64,000 nt of DNA from the NCBI RefSeq assembly GCF_009914755.1, contig NC_060945.1. One strand, 5' to 3'. Shown here one piece after another: positions 1 through 13,479 of the stretch. The notes beneath the pieces were generated by a model. That model was not told the origin of the DNA, did not search any database, and was given only the letters and a program-made list of their open reading frames with translations. The stretch comes from the human T2T-CHM13v2.0 reference genome, Homo sapiens. How positions within the stretch are numbered: the stretch's first letter is position 1; each line of letters starts with the position of its first letter. The position numbers and the translations under genes were made by a program.

Positions 1-550
1 ACATAACTGTGTATTATATAGCCTAGCCAAGTTAATACATAAAACTCATCATCACAGGCATCAAGCTCAAATGTTAGGGTTTGCAGTGGACTAATGCATA
101 CTTAAGTACCTAGATGACACCCAGAAGGGACAAAAGCCCTGAGCTTCCCCACTCAGCATGCTGCCACCTCCATACCCATGTTGACTCTCTTTCTGTTTTC
201 AGGTTGTAACCCACGTATTCTGGTTCTGACCTGCTCTATTTTCTCTTTATCCTCCTGGAGCAGGAGTGAAGTAGCAAGTATGTTGAGTCATAGGACAGAT
301 TTCACTATTCCTTGAATGCTGACAGAACTCAGAGTCTTATGTCTCATGATTTTCCACTTGATTTCCATTTCTATGCTTTGGGTAATGAGGTTTAACTTGC
401 CTCTCCATTGGGAATACAGATTCCTGGAAGGTAGAGAATCTTATTTTCTGTGTATAGAGTTCATAGTTAGGTTTCAGGTGATATTCAGAAAATACATTCA
501 GAATTTTAGAGATGTATGGAGTTGTGAAACTAGCAAAATATTAATCATTC

Positions 551-835
551 TTTTGACACAGAGCCTCACTTTGTCACCCAGGCTGGAGTGCAGTAGCATG
601 ATCTCCACTCACTGCACCCTCCGCCTCCCAGGTTCAAGTGATTCTCCTGCCTCAGCCTCCTGAGTAGCTGGGATTATGGGTGCCTGCCACCACGCTTGAC
701 CAATTTTTGTATTTGTAGTAGAGATGGGGTTTGCCATGTTGGCCAGGCTGGTCTTGAACTCCTGACCTCAAGTGATCCACTCACCTTGGCCTCCAAAAGT
801 GCCGGGATTACAGGCCTGAGCCACAACACTCTGCC
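551..835 (-). mobile_element. Alu (AluS-type), full-length dimer
   Basis: Antisense Alu consensus (GAGTGCAGT...CCTGACCTCAAGTGATCC...GGATTACAGG); TSD TAATCATTC on both sides. Confidence 0.95.
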
Positions 836-895
836 TAATCATTCATTTTAAGTGATTAAATCATCCATTCATCTACTTTTAGTACATCCTACATC

Positions 896-950
896 CTTTT
901 TCCTTCCTTCCTTCCTTCCTTCCTTCTTTTCATCCATCCGTCCATCCATC
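896..950. repeat. (TTCC)n/(TCCA)n simple repeat
   Basis: Directly visible tetranucleotide runs. Confidence 0.85.
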
Positions 951-1484
951 GATTATTAATTCAATAAATATTTACTGTTTTCCTTCTTTTAAGAGGTGTA
1001 TGACCTAAACTAAGAGGTATGGAGTTTAAATGACTTGTGGAAAATTAGAATGTTTTATTCTCTCGTTTCCCACAAGTCATTTATATAGTTGCTAAAATTT
1101 AGTAACTGCAATAAAAATACATGATTCCGGACAACATATTCTCATTTTACTTACTTCTAATATTGATATCAGATTGGTTCTCCTGCCTCTGAGTCTCAGT
1201 TGAGATCAGAAAGCGGTGATAACAGCTCATTGGGAATTGGCCATTTGCAACCAAAGTTTGTGATATAGTTGGGACAACTAACTGAATAACTGGGTCACAA
1301 TAGGAGACATCTTAAATTACTAAAGCTACATGATTTTGGAAAGTCTGGTTTCATTTATTTAACTAAACTACCAGTAATACCTTATGTTTCCAACTTTGGT
1401 TTTTGTCAGTTGAGATCTGGCTTAATATCCCTCATGGAAAAGATGGACAATTTAGGCAAAAAGTATTTATAAAGATAAAGTTTA

Positions 1485-1797
1485 GGCAGGGCACAGTGGC
1501 TCACGCCTGTAATCCCAGCACTTTGGGAGGCTGAGTCAGGCAGTTCACGAGGTCAGGAGTTCAAGACCAATCTGGCCAACATAGTGAAACCCCACCTCTA
1601 CTAAAAATACAAAAAATTAGCTGGGTGTGGTGGTGTGCACCTGTAATCCCAGCTACTCGGGAGGCTGAAGCAGGAGAATCACGTGAACCCAAGAGGCGGA
1701 GTTACAGTGAGCTGAGATAGCACCATTGTACTCCAGCCCGGGCAACAGTGTGAGACTCTGTCTCAAAAAATAAATAAATAAACAAACAAACAAACAA
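1485..1797 (+). mobile_element. Alu (AluSg-like)
   Basis: Sense Alu with TCACGAGGTCAGGAGTTC; (TAAA)n/(CAAA)n tail; TSD AAAGTTTA. Confidence 0.95.
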
Positions 1798-2269
1798 AGT
1801 TTAAAGAAGAAGTGTATATTTATGTATTATTTAATTAACACATGCACCAACCGTACAACTGCCTTCAGAAAGTACCTTTCTGACAAAATTAGAATAAAGG
1901 AGACATAGTGGGTAGGGAGGAGAGGGGTTAGGTGGGTAAATTTAGGCTATGCCAAATAAAAATGGGGCCCCTAGGAGTGGGGTGCCTAGGACTAGCATTG
2001 GCAGAAACCACTGGAGCCTCGAGCCAGCATCCTTTTGCTGAGGCCTCTGCATAGTTGATAGAGCAGTCCCAAAGATGTAAATGGAGCAATTAGATATCAT
2101 TCAATTTATAGTGCTCTTGGCAAGAAAAAGATCTTTCAGAATTCTTCATCTGCCCTAGGCAAACCTTTAGAGGCTCTCCTCTTGCTTATTCACACTTGTG
2201 GCAATTTTCCAAGAAGAAATTCCACTAAAAAGAGTCTATTTTTTAATCCAAATTGAGCAAATGGGGAAG

Positions 2270-2555
2270 TAGTCTAGGATGATGGTAGGAGTTGAAATTC
2301 TGGTGTCAGACTGCCAGAGTGCAAAAACCTGGCCCAGGCCTCCCTCCTGTCTACTAAGCAGGAAGGGGGAGGATGTGAAGAGGTGGTGGTTGGGGGTTGG
2401 TTTACCTTGGCTAAGCTGCTCCTCTAAGCTTCCACATTCCCACTTGTAAAATAGAGTAATAACAGTCCTTACTTGGCAAAGTGGTTAGAAGGACTAGATG
2501 AGCCACTTCTGAAGAAGTGCTCAGTGCATAGTAAGCAAGAGAAATGATAACTGTT
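2270..2555 (+). mobile_element. MIR (degenerate, with internal insertion)
   Basis: MIR core-like TACCTTGGCTAAG...CACTTGTAAAATAGAGTAATAACAG. Confidence 0.55.
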
Positions 2556-2751
2556 GTTCACATGTGTACAGTGAATGGGACTATTACATGACCATCACAT
2601 CAATGATAATTACATTTCCATTATTTTTCCTTTTAACTCATAATACCTTTGGGTATTTAGCTGGAATGCAGCATATTTTACTAAATGGATACAGTAGAAT
2701 GCTCCATTTAATAATGATATCTACTTTGTTTTCTTGTCCTCAAATCAAAGG

Positions 2752-2862
2752 GACCCGAGTGCAGTGGTCCAGCTATTCAGGAGGCTGAGGTAGGAGGATA
2801 GTTTGAGCCCAGGAATTTGAGGTTAGCCTGGGCAATATAGCAAGACCCTATCTCTAAAAAAA
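2752..2862 (+). mobile_element. FLAM (Alu left monomer)
   Basis: Monomer GGAGGCTGAGGTAGGAGGATAGTTTGAGCCCAGG...CCCTATCTCTAAAA; TSD AAATCAAA. Confidence 0.8.
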
Positions 2863-3049
2863 ATCAAATGGAGAAAACTATTGGTCCATATTCTATGTTA
2901 TAGACAAGATACAAAAGACAAACTCAGATTAATGCAAGTTAACCAACTCTATAAAAATTCATAGAATTTTATTATTATTTAAACTGCCTTTTCTACCACT
3001 GCTATATTTGTTGACTCTGCCTAGGCATGCTTTAAAAATTCCATAAACA

Positions 3050-3342
<293 letters not shown>

Positions 3343-3374
3343 TCATTACTAGATATCCATCAACATTGGGAGAG

Positions 3375-3590
3375 AATCTAAAGCAACTTATCCCCCATTC
3401 TTTTACCCAGCTGTATTTTCTGCTAAGCCACCTATCTCAATCTGAGATTATATTACACATTTAAAATTTTCTGGTTTATCATCCCTTCCTAAAATGCATA
3501 CCTGAGGAGGGTGGGGACTCATTTGGTCTTGCTTACCAGTGAGCCTCTGGTGGACTGATAACACTCCATAAATACATGTAGAATGAATGT
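3375..3590 (+). mobile_element. L2 3' end fragment
   Basis: GAGGGTGGGGACTCATTTGGTCTTGCTTACC...CCATAAATACATGTAGAATGAATG resembles the L2 terminus. Confidence 0.55.
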
Positions 3591-3940
3591 CAAGTAAATA
3601 AATTCAGAAAATGGGCATTTATGTTTCTAAGTTGAATATGTATTCACAATTTCAGTTAATACCCACTTGCTTTTATTATTTATCTTGTGAGATATGACAT
3701 TTCCAATGCAAGCCTTGCCCTACTGAAACCATCATTTGCTGAATGTGTAATTTTCATCAAACTGTACTTTAATATTAATCAAAATGAAAAGAATCCTCTT
3801 CTAAATATTTGTTGACCTTGAGCTTATATCATGTTTGCATAATGAGATTTAAGTAGAACATACTTTAAGGTGCAAAGAGATATTTTTTCATATTCTGTGT
3901 TACAAACAAGACACAATAGATAAACTCAGATTAATCCAAG

Positions 3941-4660
3941 AAACAAAAATAAAAAAATGAAAGATCAAGAAAAAGCTGTTTTTTTAAAAGATTAACAAAA
4001 TGCACAAGCCCTTGGTGTGATTATCCCAGAAAAAAAATAGGACATAAAGAAATAATATTAAGAATGAAAAAAGTTATCTAATACAGGATTAGTAAAGATT
4101 TTTAATATCACAAGAGAACATAATTTTGATAAATTTAAATCTTAGTTTAGACAATTTTCTAGCAATTATAATTTTACAAAACTAACTCAAGAAGAAATAA
4201 AAATGTGAATAAACTACTAATTGTCAAAATATTATATACAAACTCGTTCTAAGCCTAGAAAAAAAACTGGGAGAAGTCCTCAACTTATTCTATATGGTTA
4301 ATATAACCTAGATACCAAAGTTTAAATCTCTTTTTTTGAATTATATGAATTTTATGAAAAATTCTAAATAAAGCATTCATAAATTGAATATTTTAAAACC
4401 CCAGATACATCATGACTCAGGGATGAGGCTTGACTTGACACAGAAGAATCTACTAATGCAATTCACTACATTAATAGAGAAATGTAGAGACACCATATGA
4501 TCACCTCAAAAAGTGCCAAAAAGGCAATAAAATTCAATAGTTATGGCTTGTAAAAACCGGAAGTAAACTAAAAACAGATGGAGACTTTTTCATCTGATAA
4601 AGGATATCCACCAAAAACAAAAATAAAAACAAACATAAAACAAGTAAACACCTACAAATC
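3941..4660 (+). mobile_element. Old L1 (L1M) ORF2 fragment
   Basis: A-rich decayed ORF2-like sequence (AAAACTAACTCAAGAAGAAATA; ACCATATGATCACCTCAA). Confidence 0.7.
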
Positions 4661-6660
4661 TACTGTGAATTTCTCCCTCTGTGGCTACAGATGAGTAAGT
4701 GCAGGGTCTTTGGCAGCTAATAGATCTGGAGGAGCCCTTGTCCTTTTATAGGACTTAGAACTTTAAGTACAAAAGTTCCAAATAAGTTTGACGGAACAAA
4801 TAGGCACCAGCTTGGGCAAAAAAAAAAAAAAAACAAAACTGAGCCTTCATCACAACCATCTTGGATTACTGAGCAGGAATCCTATACAAGATAATTTTTT
4901 TAAAAAGATAAAACAACAACTCATATAATGTTTAAATAAACACATATTAAAGATTTAGCCCATTCGTTAATGAGGGAACCAAGATCTTACAGTCAATTCA
5001 AAGAAGAATTCAAAACACATAGGCACACACATACGAAATAAGAAATGCTGAAATAAATTTATAAATAAATGCAAAATTAGTCAATATTTCCAGGGCAATT
5101 GTGAACTACATCTCCACTGGGTACAATTTGTTTGAGTTTTTATCGGCAGGAACCAGTTGGATGACAGTTTTTGTGGAGGTGTGAAGTAGCTCAAAGACAA
5201 CAAAAGGCAGAGCCCATGCAGAAGGTACCACCCCACCATCCGCTTGCCCATTTTAACATCTTTCACAATTTCTGTTAACAGTTTAAATTATATTTTGATG
5301 TTGATCTCTTTTAAATACTTGATTAGGGAATAATTTTCTTTATTCTCTGATGTTGCTGACGCTTGGCTTAATAAAGAGTTTTTATTTTCTTATTTCTCTT
5401 TAAAACGTGAAATCAGTGGAGCCATATGCCAGTGTCAGTTAGATATGTCTATGGAAAGTCAGACCACACTCCTGTTGGGCCCCAGCTGGCTTACCTCAAT
5501 TGCTAGCAAAATGCTTGCAAGGAAAATGTGGAGACAGCCTAAGCTACAGAAACCATCTTGCTTTTTTTCTGATAACATAAGTTTTCAAAGCAATATTTAA
5601 ACAAAAGACAACATGTTTTTTCCCCAAGTAAATATCTACAGCCTTCCTCCCAGCCTGTCTTACTCCCAAATCATGTCCTTGTTATTTGCAGGTATCCAAA
5701 TGTCTGCATGTGGGAGCATTCCTTGTGGATTAGGGTGTTAGTGTCTAGGAGTCTCCTCTTTTATGAAATGCAAACATTCTTTGAGCACAATTGCAACATC
5801 AGCTGTGATATTTACCTAAATGTTTCCCAAGGATAAGTGGCTTACGTCAGAGCCCTGAGGCTACAGGATGTAGGGTTTGACCAGCAAGAGATTTGAGGGC
5901 AGGTAGGTATCCCATGAGAAAAAAAGTATCAGAGACACAACAGCATTATCCCAGGACATGAGGTCCTGGAGGTTAGAGGCAGCCCACAAGAAAGCAGTGA
6001 TCCCAAAAAGAGACAGGAAGGTGCTAACGACAAAACTCATCTTTGTGTCTACTCCCAGGCTGATCCGTGATTACCAAAATGATCCAGTCCACAATTTCCA
6101 ATGCTGAAGACAGAGGAAAGATTTGGGGCTGAGAGTGATCTATGTTGTTTGTTTATATACAAGACATTAGGTACCCTGGGCCATTGACCTCATAGAGAAC
6201 AGGCAGCATTTGTTGTCTGCCAACTCTGGATTCTGCAGGCATCAAAGGATTAGACTCTCATAATGAAATCAGCCCTTTAAGCTACTCGGAAGACTTACGA
6301 TAGGGATCACTACCCAGATTAATTTGCTACCAAATAGAGAATGAGAGGCCAAGATAAACAAAAGAGAGCAGCCAGCTGGTAGGGTTTGAAAAAAAAAATG
6401 CAAGCCATTCATTTTCCTTTTGTTCTTGTATTTCCAATTGAATTATGATGGCTCATCTTTTCTAACCTGATATGAGCTGAATTTTTTATGATTTAAATTT
6501 GCTCATTATATTTCTATTGCAGAGTGGTTCTCTGAAGAACGAGCCTGTTGCTGGCTGTCAGGGTGTCATGATGGTATTGCGCAAATCCTCGAGGCAGCTT
6601 TCCAGGGCTGCTGTCAGCCTGCTCATGCCCTTTAGCCACTGGGCAGTAAACGAGGATCTC

Positions 6661-6798
6661 TAGGACTGAATACATAATTTGAGGGGGTTCTGTGCAAAAT
6701 GAAAATGCAAGGTACCTTGTAAAAAATAAGACTTTCATCAGAGCAACAGGGAGCTTCTGGGTCCAGGCCTCAGGCCACACACCCATGAAGTTGACCCT
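6661..6798 (-). mobile_element. MER45A-like hAT-Tip100 MITE
   Basis: Reverse complement starts CAGGGTCAACTTCATGGG and contains CATTTTCATTTTGCAC...AAATTATGTA; resembles the copy at 27297. Confidence 0.65.
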
Positions 6799-6970
6799 GG
6801 GGGTCTCAGTGATGGGATAAGCAAATCCTTTCCCACAGCAATTACATAAACTGTCTTGCCAGGGACTGAAGGCTTACAACTTGGGAGTCAGATACACTTT
6901 GTAGCTCAGAAAGCTGACTTTAATAAAAGTAGTGTACCTAGAAGACAGCTGTTTATTTGTAGAGGTGGCT

Positions 6971-7348
6971 TGATATGTTTTGAATTTGTGTCCCTACCCA
7001 AATATCATGTCAAATTGTCATCCCTAATGTTGGAGGAGGGGCCTGGTGAGAGGTGATTGGATCACAGGGAGGGACTTCCCCTTGCTTTTCTCTCAATAAT
7101 GAGTTCTCACAAGATCTGGTTCTTCAAAAGTGTGTGGCACCTCCCCTACTCTCTCTTTCTCCTTCTCCGGCCATGCAAGACATATCTGCTTCTCCTTCAC
7201 CTTCCACTATGATTGTAAGTTCCCTGAGGCCTCCCCAGCCATGCTTCTTATACAGCCTGTGGAACTGTGAATCAACTAAACCTCTTTTCTTTATAAATTA
7301 CCTAGTCCCTGTTAGTTCTTTATAGCAATGCGAGAATGGACTAATACA
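6971..7348 (+). mobile_element. MSTA-type MaLR solo LTR
   Basis: TGATATG...GGACTAATACA termini; 5-bp TSD TGGCT. Confidence 0.92.
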
Positions 7349-7919
7349 TGGCTTTACCTTAGATTTCTTGGAATCTGTAAGTTGATCCAAATTGCTTGAT
7401 GAATGTATTCTCTAGGGATCCATGTGAATCTCTCTTTGAGAAGATTTTTCTCTTGTGGCTTCACTTAGAGTCTATCTACCTTTACATAGGTGCATTTATA
7501 TTGAGGTGATTGATTATTTGGGTAACAGCTCCATGTATACTATGATATTTATAGGGGCCCCATTTGTATTAGGGTTTGTAATTCTGTCAGCATGAAGCAA
7601 TCATTTCAACGGACAATATTTAATTTTTAATGTAGGATTTATCTAACCAGGTTCTGCAGAGGTGTTCTTGGGGTGCTCCAGTGCTCAAGTTAGGAAAACG
7701 CTGCTTTAGGTCTAAGTCAGGTTCGAATCAAAGGTTTTGAGGTCTTAGTGATTAATAAGTTCTGTGCCCCTTCTAATGACGGTATGTAAGTCCAAATGCC
7801 ATATGCAAATCAAATCTTTGAAGGAATTGATAGAAAATGGCAATCTTCATTCAGATAAGATTTAGCCTAGTGGTTAAAAAAAAATTCCAAATAACCAAAT
7901 ATTGAGGAATAATAATGTA

Positions 7920-8130
7920 GCAACAACAACAGTTTTGAGTACTCACAGCATGACAGATACTTTTGGTGTATTTTTCCAGTCCTGTGAGATAGGTCCTTGT
8001 TGATCCTCCATTTTGCAGATGAGAAAAATGAAGCAAGAAGGATTCAGTAACTCACCCACGTCTCCAGGCAGCAGGAGGCAGAAGTCAAATTTAATTCCCC
8101 AGAATCTGACTCTAAAGCAAGTGCTTTACC
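7920..8130 (-). mobile_element. MIR
   Basis: CCATTTTGCAGATGAGAAAAATGAAGC core. Confidence 0.65.
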
Positions 8131-8236
8131 CTCTCAATTTCATTTCTCTACACACTTGTGCTGGAAAATGCATGAAAGTTTGCATGATTTCACACTTTCA
8201 CATGAGCATGAAGATCAGAATTTATGGGGATATGAT

Positions 8237-8783
8237 TGTTTTAAATTGTAGGTTTTATTATTATTCAGGCATAGTGAGTTCAGCAGATCAGGAGATGACT
8301 GCCATTGAAAGGATGGTTTATTACTCACAGTTCCCAAGAGCAGGAGGCAGCCACACCATACAGGGCCTTTTGGGGAAGTGCCAGGATTGGTCAGGAAGCA
8401 GAGGGGCTGGGAGGAAAACATGGACAAGAGCATTTATTACAGTTTCTGTGAGAAGGAACAGGTGAGGCAGGATAGACAGACTTAGGATTGTCTGGTTTAA
8501 TAATTCCAAAGGGCTCTGGGCTGCAGGGGCTGTCTCTCATTGCCTGGTACCTGGCCATGGGATGATTTGGGCAGGTGAATGGTGGGGGAGGCTTGTGAGA
8601 ATCTGATAAAGAAGGTCTTTGGGGCATGGGCTCTGGGTTAGTTGGTTTGCATCTGGAAGACACCCTTGTAGGCAAATAATTTACTATCTTTAGAAATTGG
8701 CTATCCCTGGGAGGGGCAGTCTCTCCAGGGTCAGCAAGGCCCCAGATGTCAAAGCTTCAGAATTAGAAGATATGCTTAATGCA
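8237..8783 (-). mobile_element. MER74-type ERVL solo LTR
   Basis: Reverse complement has GCTTTGACATCTGGGGCCTTGCTGACCCTGGAGAGACTGCCCCTCCCAGGG; TG...CA ends; homologous to 40445-41001. Confidence 0.8.
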
Positions 8784-10383
8784 TTGACCTGGAAGACCTG
8801 GGCTGACAAGAGGGACAGGGACTGCTGCCTGGTCTAAAGAGTCACCTCTTAGGACCAGTGTCCTCCCCTTTGTTAAAAGAAGACAAAGAGTCCTTGAAGA
8901 ATGATCATAAAAAGATGATGCCAAAGTGTCTTGGGGAGACAGCCACATTTTTCAGAGCTGTAGCCACATGTCTCAAAGATGTAGACTTGTGGGTAAATGG
9001 TACTTGAAGCAGAAAGCAAATGTGACACTTAGTGATTGTAAGTAATCAAGATGACACTTCTTGGTAATTAGGCAGAGACGATAAGTAATTTTTTAAAAGT
9101 TTCAGATGCCTATTGCTTTTGATTTTCTCTCCTCTCTTTGTTAGTCTCCTAATGTCAATAAGTAGAATTCATGCCAATGACACCTAACATCAGTCCTTTC
9201 TCCCTGGCCCAGCAAATAAACAAAAACACAGAGGAGGCTGCCTGGAGAACTGAGTGTTGCCTCTCACCTGCAGCACACAGGACAAGCTGGGTTCTTCGGG
9301 CTCCACATTAGAGGTCTCTTTCAACCAGTACCCAGATCCCAGCCCACCTTCTCTTGGCTGAGTTCTGGAGCAGACTTCCAAGTGCTCTTTTATTTCTGTT
9401 TGGAATCTGGGAGTCTTGGTGGTTGAAGACATAAGGCACCAAGATATCTGGGCTTGGAGGGGAGGATTCTAGAGTTCTAAGCAGGGGCACTAAGCTCTAG
9501 CATTGAGAAGTAGAAATGGAAGAGAGGAGAGGGACGAGTATTGTGAACAAAAAGTTGGGGTGGCTGGGTTTTGTACACCCAGAGGTTCTCAATGAATGAG
9601 TCTCCATCAGCCCCTGAGGCTTCCTCTCTCTCAAGGGGCAGGAGAATACCTGGAGGAAGTGGGGTAAAGAGGTCATGGAGATTAGCAGTTTTTCACCCTT
9701 TGAAAGTGTTAGGCCATGTGATGGAGCCTCCAGACCCAGAATCTCATTTAGTCCTTATACAACCTGAAAAAGTCTTCCAAAACCTTAGGGGCAAACACAT
9801 CCCATCTCTTTCATTTTTCCCCCCAATGAAAATGGGTTTATCCTTTAAGGGCACTCTTATTTGGAGGTCCAGTACTCCCCCCTTTGATGTTCTCTCCTCC
9901 TCAAATTGTCCACAAACCTAGAGGGCTGATGTGGTCCAAATGGACCCAGGTTTAATCAAACTGTCTCCCCAATGAAAGCTAAGCTTCAGTTGGTGCTCGC
10001 TGCCACATGGCTTGAGCTGAGTGCTGGTCCTTTCCACCTGAAAGATACTGCCGGGCAGCTGCTGACCCAAGCTCTTTCCCAAGACATTGTGTTTTTTTAA
10101 GAGTGGCCAATGATACTCACTTGGAGCTAAACTCAGCTAATAGGATGCCATGATCTGAGGGCCTCTGCCTTTAGAGCTCAACCACTAGAACAAAAGGTCT
10201 CTCCCTACCCCCTCCTTCTAAGGGTGGACTCCTTGCTACTAGCAGGGAGCCAGACAGTCTTCTTAGACGTTCCCCTGAAAGTAAAGCTGCTACCTGCTCA
10301 CCCTTAGGCAGCTACACCTGATTCCAAGCTCTTTCAGTATCTTGAAATTGCTCGATTCTCTTTCTTTTTCGTTTCTCAATATA

Positions 10384-12627
10384 TTTTATTTTTAGAGCAG
10401 TTTATGTTCACAGCAAAATTGAGAAGAAAGTACAGAAAGTTTCCACACACCCCCAGTCTCCATACATGATGGCATCACCCTAGTCAGCAGTCCACACCAG
10501 AGTGGTACATTTGTTACAAATGATGAATCCGCACTGACAACTTATAATCACCCAAAGCCCATAGTCTAAGTTAGGGTCACTCTCAGTGCCATATATTTTA
10601 TGTGATTTGACTATATGTAATGACAGGTATCCACAGAGATACCTGTATGACAGAGTGCCATACAGAACAGTTTCACTGCACTGAAAATCCTCTGGGATCC
10701 TCCCATTAATCACTCCCTCCCACCAACCTCTTTTCATTGTTTCCATAGTTGTGCCCTTTTACAGAATGCCAGACCATTATAACAACACAGTATGGAGCCT
10801 TTTTAGATTGGCATCTTTCTGAGTTTTGGAAATTATGTAAAAACCTGCTCTACATGTCCCTGAGAAGGTTTTGATTGGATATAAGTTTTCAACTCGCTTG
10901 TGAAAATACCAAGAAGTATCCTTGATGAATTGTATGGTAGGAATCTGTTTAGTTTTGTAAGTAACAGCCAAATTGTCTTCTGAAGTGCTAGTAATATTTT
11001 TCATAATCACCAGCAATGAATGAGAGTTCCTGCTGCCCCACATCCTCACCAGCATTTGGTGTTGTCAGGGTTTTATATCTTGTCTGTTCTAATAAAAGTG
11101 TAGTGCCATCTCATTGTTGCTTTGACTTGCAGTTTCCTGATGACATATGATGTTGAGAGTTTTTTCATATGCTCATTTGCCATATTTATATCTTTTTTGA
11201 CAGAGTGTCTGTTCAGGCCTTTTGCCCATTCTTTAATAGGTTGTTCATTTTTTTGTTGTTGTTGAGTTGCAAGTATTCTTTGAATATCTTGAATAATATT
11301 TCTTTCCAGATATGTACTATGAAAATATTTTTCTTCCAGTCCATGGCTTGTCTTCTCATTCTCTTGACAATGTCTCTCACAGAATTTTGGGTCTTTTTTG
11401 TTTGTTTTTAAATTTCAATGAAGGTCAGCATATTACCACTGTATTCATGGTGAATTAGATTTTCTCCTGTCTTCTTCTAGGGGTTTTATAGTTTTGTGTT
11501 TACATTTAGGTCTGTGACCCATTATGAGTTAATTTTTGAAAGGGGTGTAAGGGCTAGGCCTATAGTCATTTTTTTTTTCCTGCATGTGGATGTTTAGTTG
11601 TTACAGCACCATTTCTTGAACAGATTATCTTTTCTCCATTGTACTGCCTTTGATTCTTTGTAAAAAATCATCAGTTAACTATATTTGTGTAGATCTATAT
11701 CTGAGGTCTGTATTTTGTTCCTTTGATCTATTTGCCTATTGTTTTGCCAATACAACACTCTCCTGATGATTATGGCATTGTAATAAGTATGGAAGGTGAA
11801 TAATATCAGTCCTTTCACTCTATTATTCTTTAATATTGTATTGATTATTTTGAGTCTTTTTATCCTCATATAAACTTTAGAAGCAGTTTATCAAAATCCA
11901 CAAAATAATTTCCTGGGGTTTAGATTGGGATTGTGTTGAGTCTATAGGTCAACTTGGACAAAAGTAGCATCTTGACAATATTGAGTCTTTATAGAAATAA
12001 AAATAAAATATTTCTCCATTTATTTAGCTGTTTGATTTCTTTCATCAGAATTTTGTTGTTTTCGTCTTGTACTTATTTTGTTAGATTTATAAGTATCTCA
12101 TTTCAGAAAGTGCTAATTTTAATGGAAAACAATTTATTTTTAATTAAAATTCATTTTTAATTATAATTTAATTTATAGGAAAACAGTTTAATTTTGTTAA
12201 CCTTATATCCTGTACCTTATTATAATCACTAGTTTCAGAAATTATTTTTGGTTATTTTGGATTTTCTACATAGACAACACTGTCATTTGTGAAAAAGAGC
12301 AGCCTATTTCATTCTTCACAAGCAATATATCCCCTTTTCTCATATTACTGCATTAAGACTCCCAGTAAAATGTTGAGAAGGGGTGCTGATAGAGAACATC
12401 CTTGCCTTGGTCTCGACGTTAGCAGGGTAATTTCTAGTTTCTCACCATGTTGGTTATGATGGTAGCTCTACATTTTTTAATAATATTCATTATCAAGTTA
12501 AGGAAATTCTCCTGTATTATTGAGCTGGTTTTTACCATGAAAGGGTATTCGATTTTCTCAAGTGCTTTCCTTTCTATTGATAGGGTCATGCTATTTTTCT
12601 TCTTCATATATAGGATGGATTGCATTA
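10384..12627 (-). mobile_element. Old L1 (L1MC/L1MD-like) 3' UTR plus ORF2 end
   Basis: TTTTAGAGCAGTTTATGTTCACAGCAAAATTGAG 3' end; decayed antisense ORF2 (ORF 11675..11869 is ORF2-like). Confidence 0.85.
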
Positions 12628-12628
12628 C

Positions 12629-13056
12629 TTTCTTTTTATTTGTTCATTTATTTATTTTCTTTTCAACTTATTTTAGGTTGAAAGGGCACATGTAACAGGT
12701 TTGTTACATGGGTAAATTGTGTGTCATGGGGGCTTTGTGTACAGATAATTTTGTCACCCAGGTGATCGGCCTAATACCTGATAGATAGTTTTTCAATCCT
12801 CACCATCCTCCCACTCTCAACGGTGGACTGGATAAAGAAAATGTGGTACATATACACCATGGAATACTATACAGTTGTTACAAAATGAGATCATGTCCTT
12901 TGCAGCAACGTAGATCGAGTTGGAGGTCATAATGCTAAGTGAATTAATGCAGGAATAGAAACTAAATAAATACTTCATGCTCTCACTTTTAAGTGGGAGC
13001 TAAACAGTAAGTACACAGGGACACAAAGAAGGGAACGATAGACACTGGGGTCTACT
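12629..13056 (-). mobile_element. L1PA13-16/L1PB-type 3' end with 5' inversion
   Basis: T-rich tail and antisense 3' UTR to ~12820, then the adjacent upstream L1 segment in sense orientation to 13056. Confidence 0.85.
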
Positions 13057-13479
13057 CTCTTAAGAAAAGGCAAGATGACATTCCAGTGTCCACCTGGCTA
13101 GAACAGAAAAAGGAAAAAAAAAAAAAAAGAACATTGACTCATTCCCAGGGCATCTTCCTACACTTAGATTCTGAAAGATAGTATTCTTTCCATCACTCCT
13201 TTCCTTTCTACTCTTAGCACAAATATCCTTAAACAGAATTTTAGAGCCGAAGTCAAAGTCACTTTGTTCCACATACATACCCCAACATCTGCTACTTGTT
13301 CTCTTGATACTTAAATTCACTTAACAGGAGATCTGGCCTTTTTTCCCCAAGCTTTAATTAATGGTTAAATCTTCTGAAAGGCTAGCAGAAGTAATCTGTT
13401 AGTGCAATTGGGTTTCACTCCTAATTCTTAGTGTCATTCTACAGTTCTTTCTCAAGCCGTGACCTGTGATCACCATGAT

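Noticed and set aside
316-663. ORFs ending in LECS…[12 protein letters not shown]-type peptides (also at 19908, 27413, 27471, 38492)
   Set aside because: Standard antisense-Alu translations
4700-5440. Possible ancient hAT DNA-transposon fragment
   Set aside because: Looks repeat-like but I could not identify termini or a family with confidence
8013-8675. Cluster of overlapping ORFs up to 150 aa
   Set aside because: Span MIR and MER74 LTR sequence; non-coding repeats
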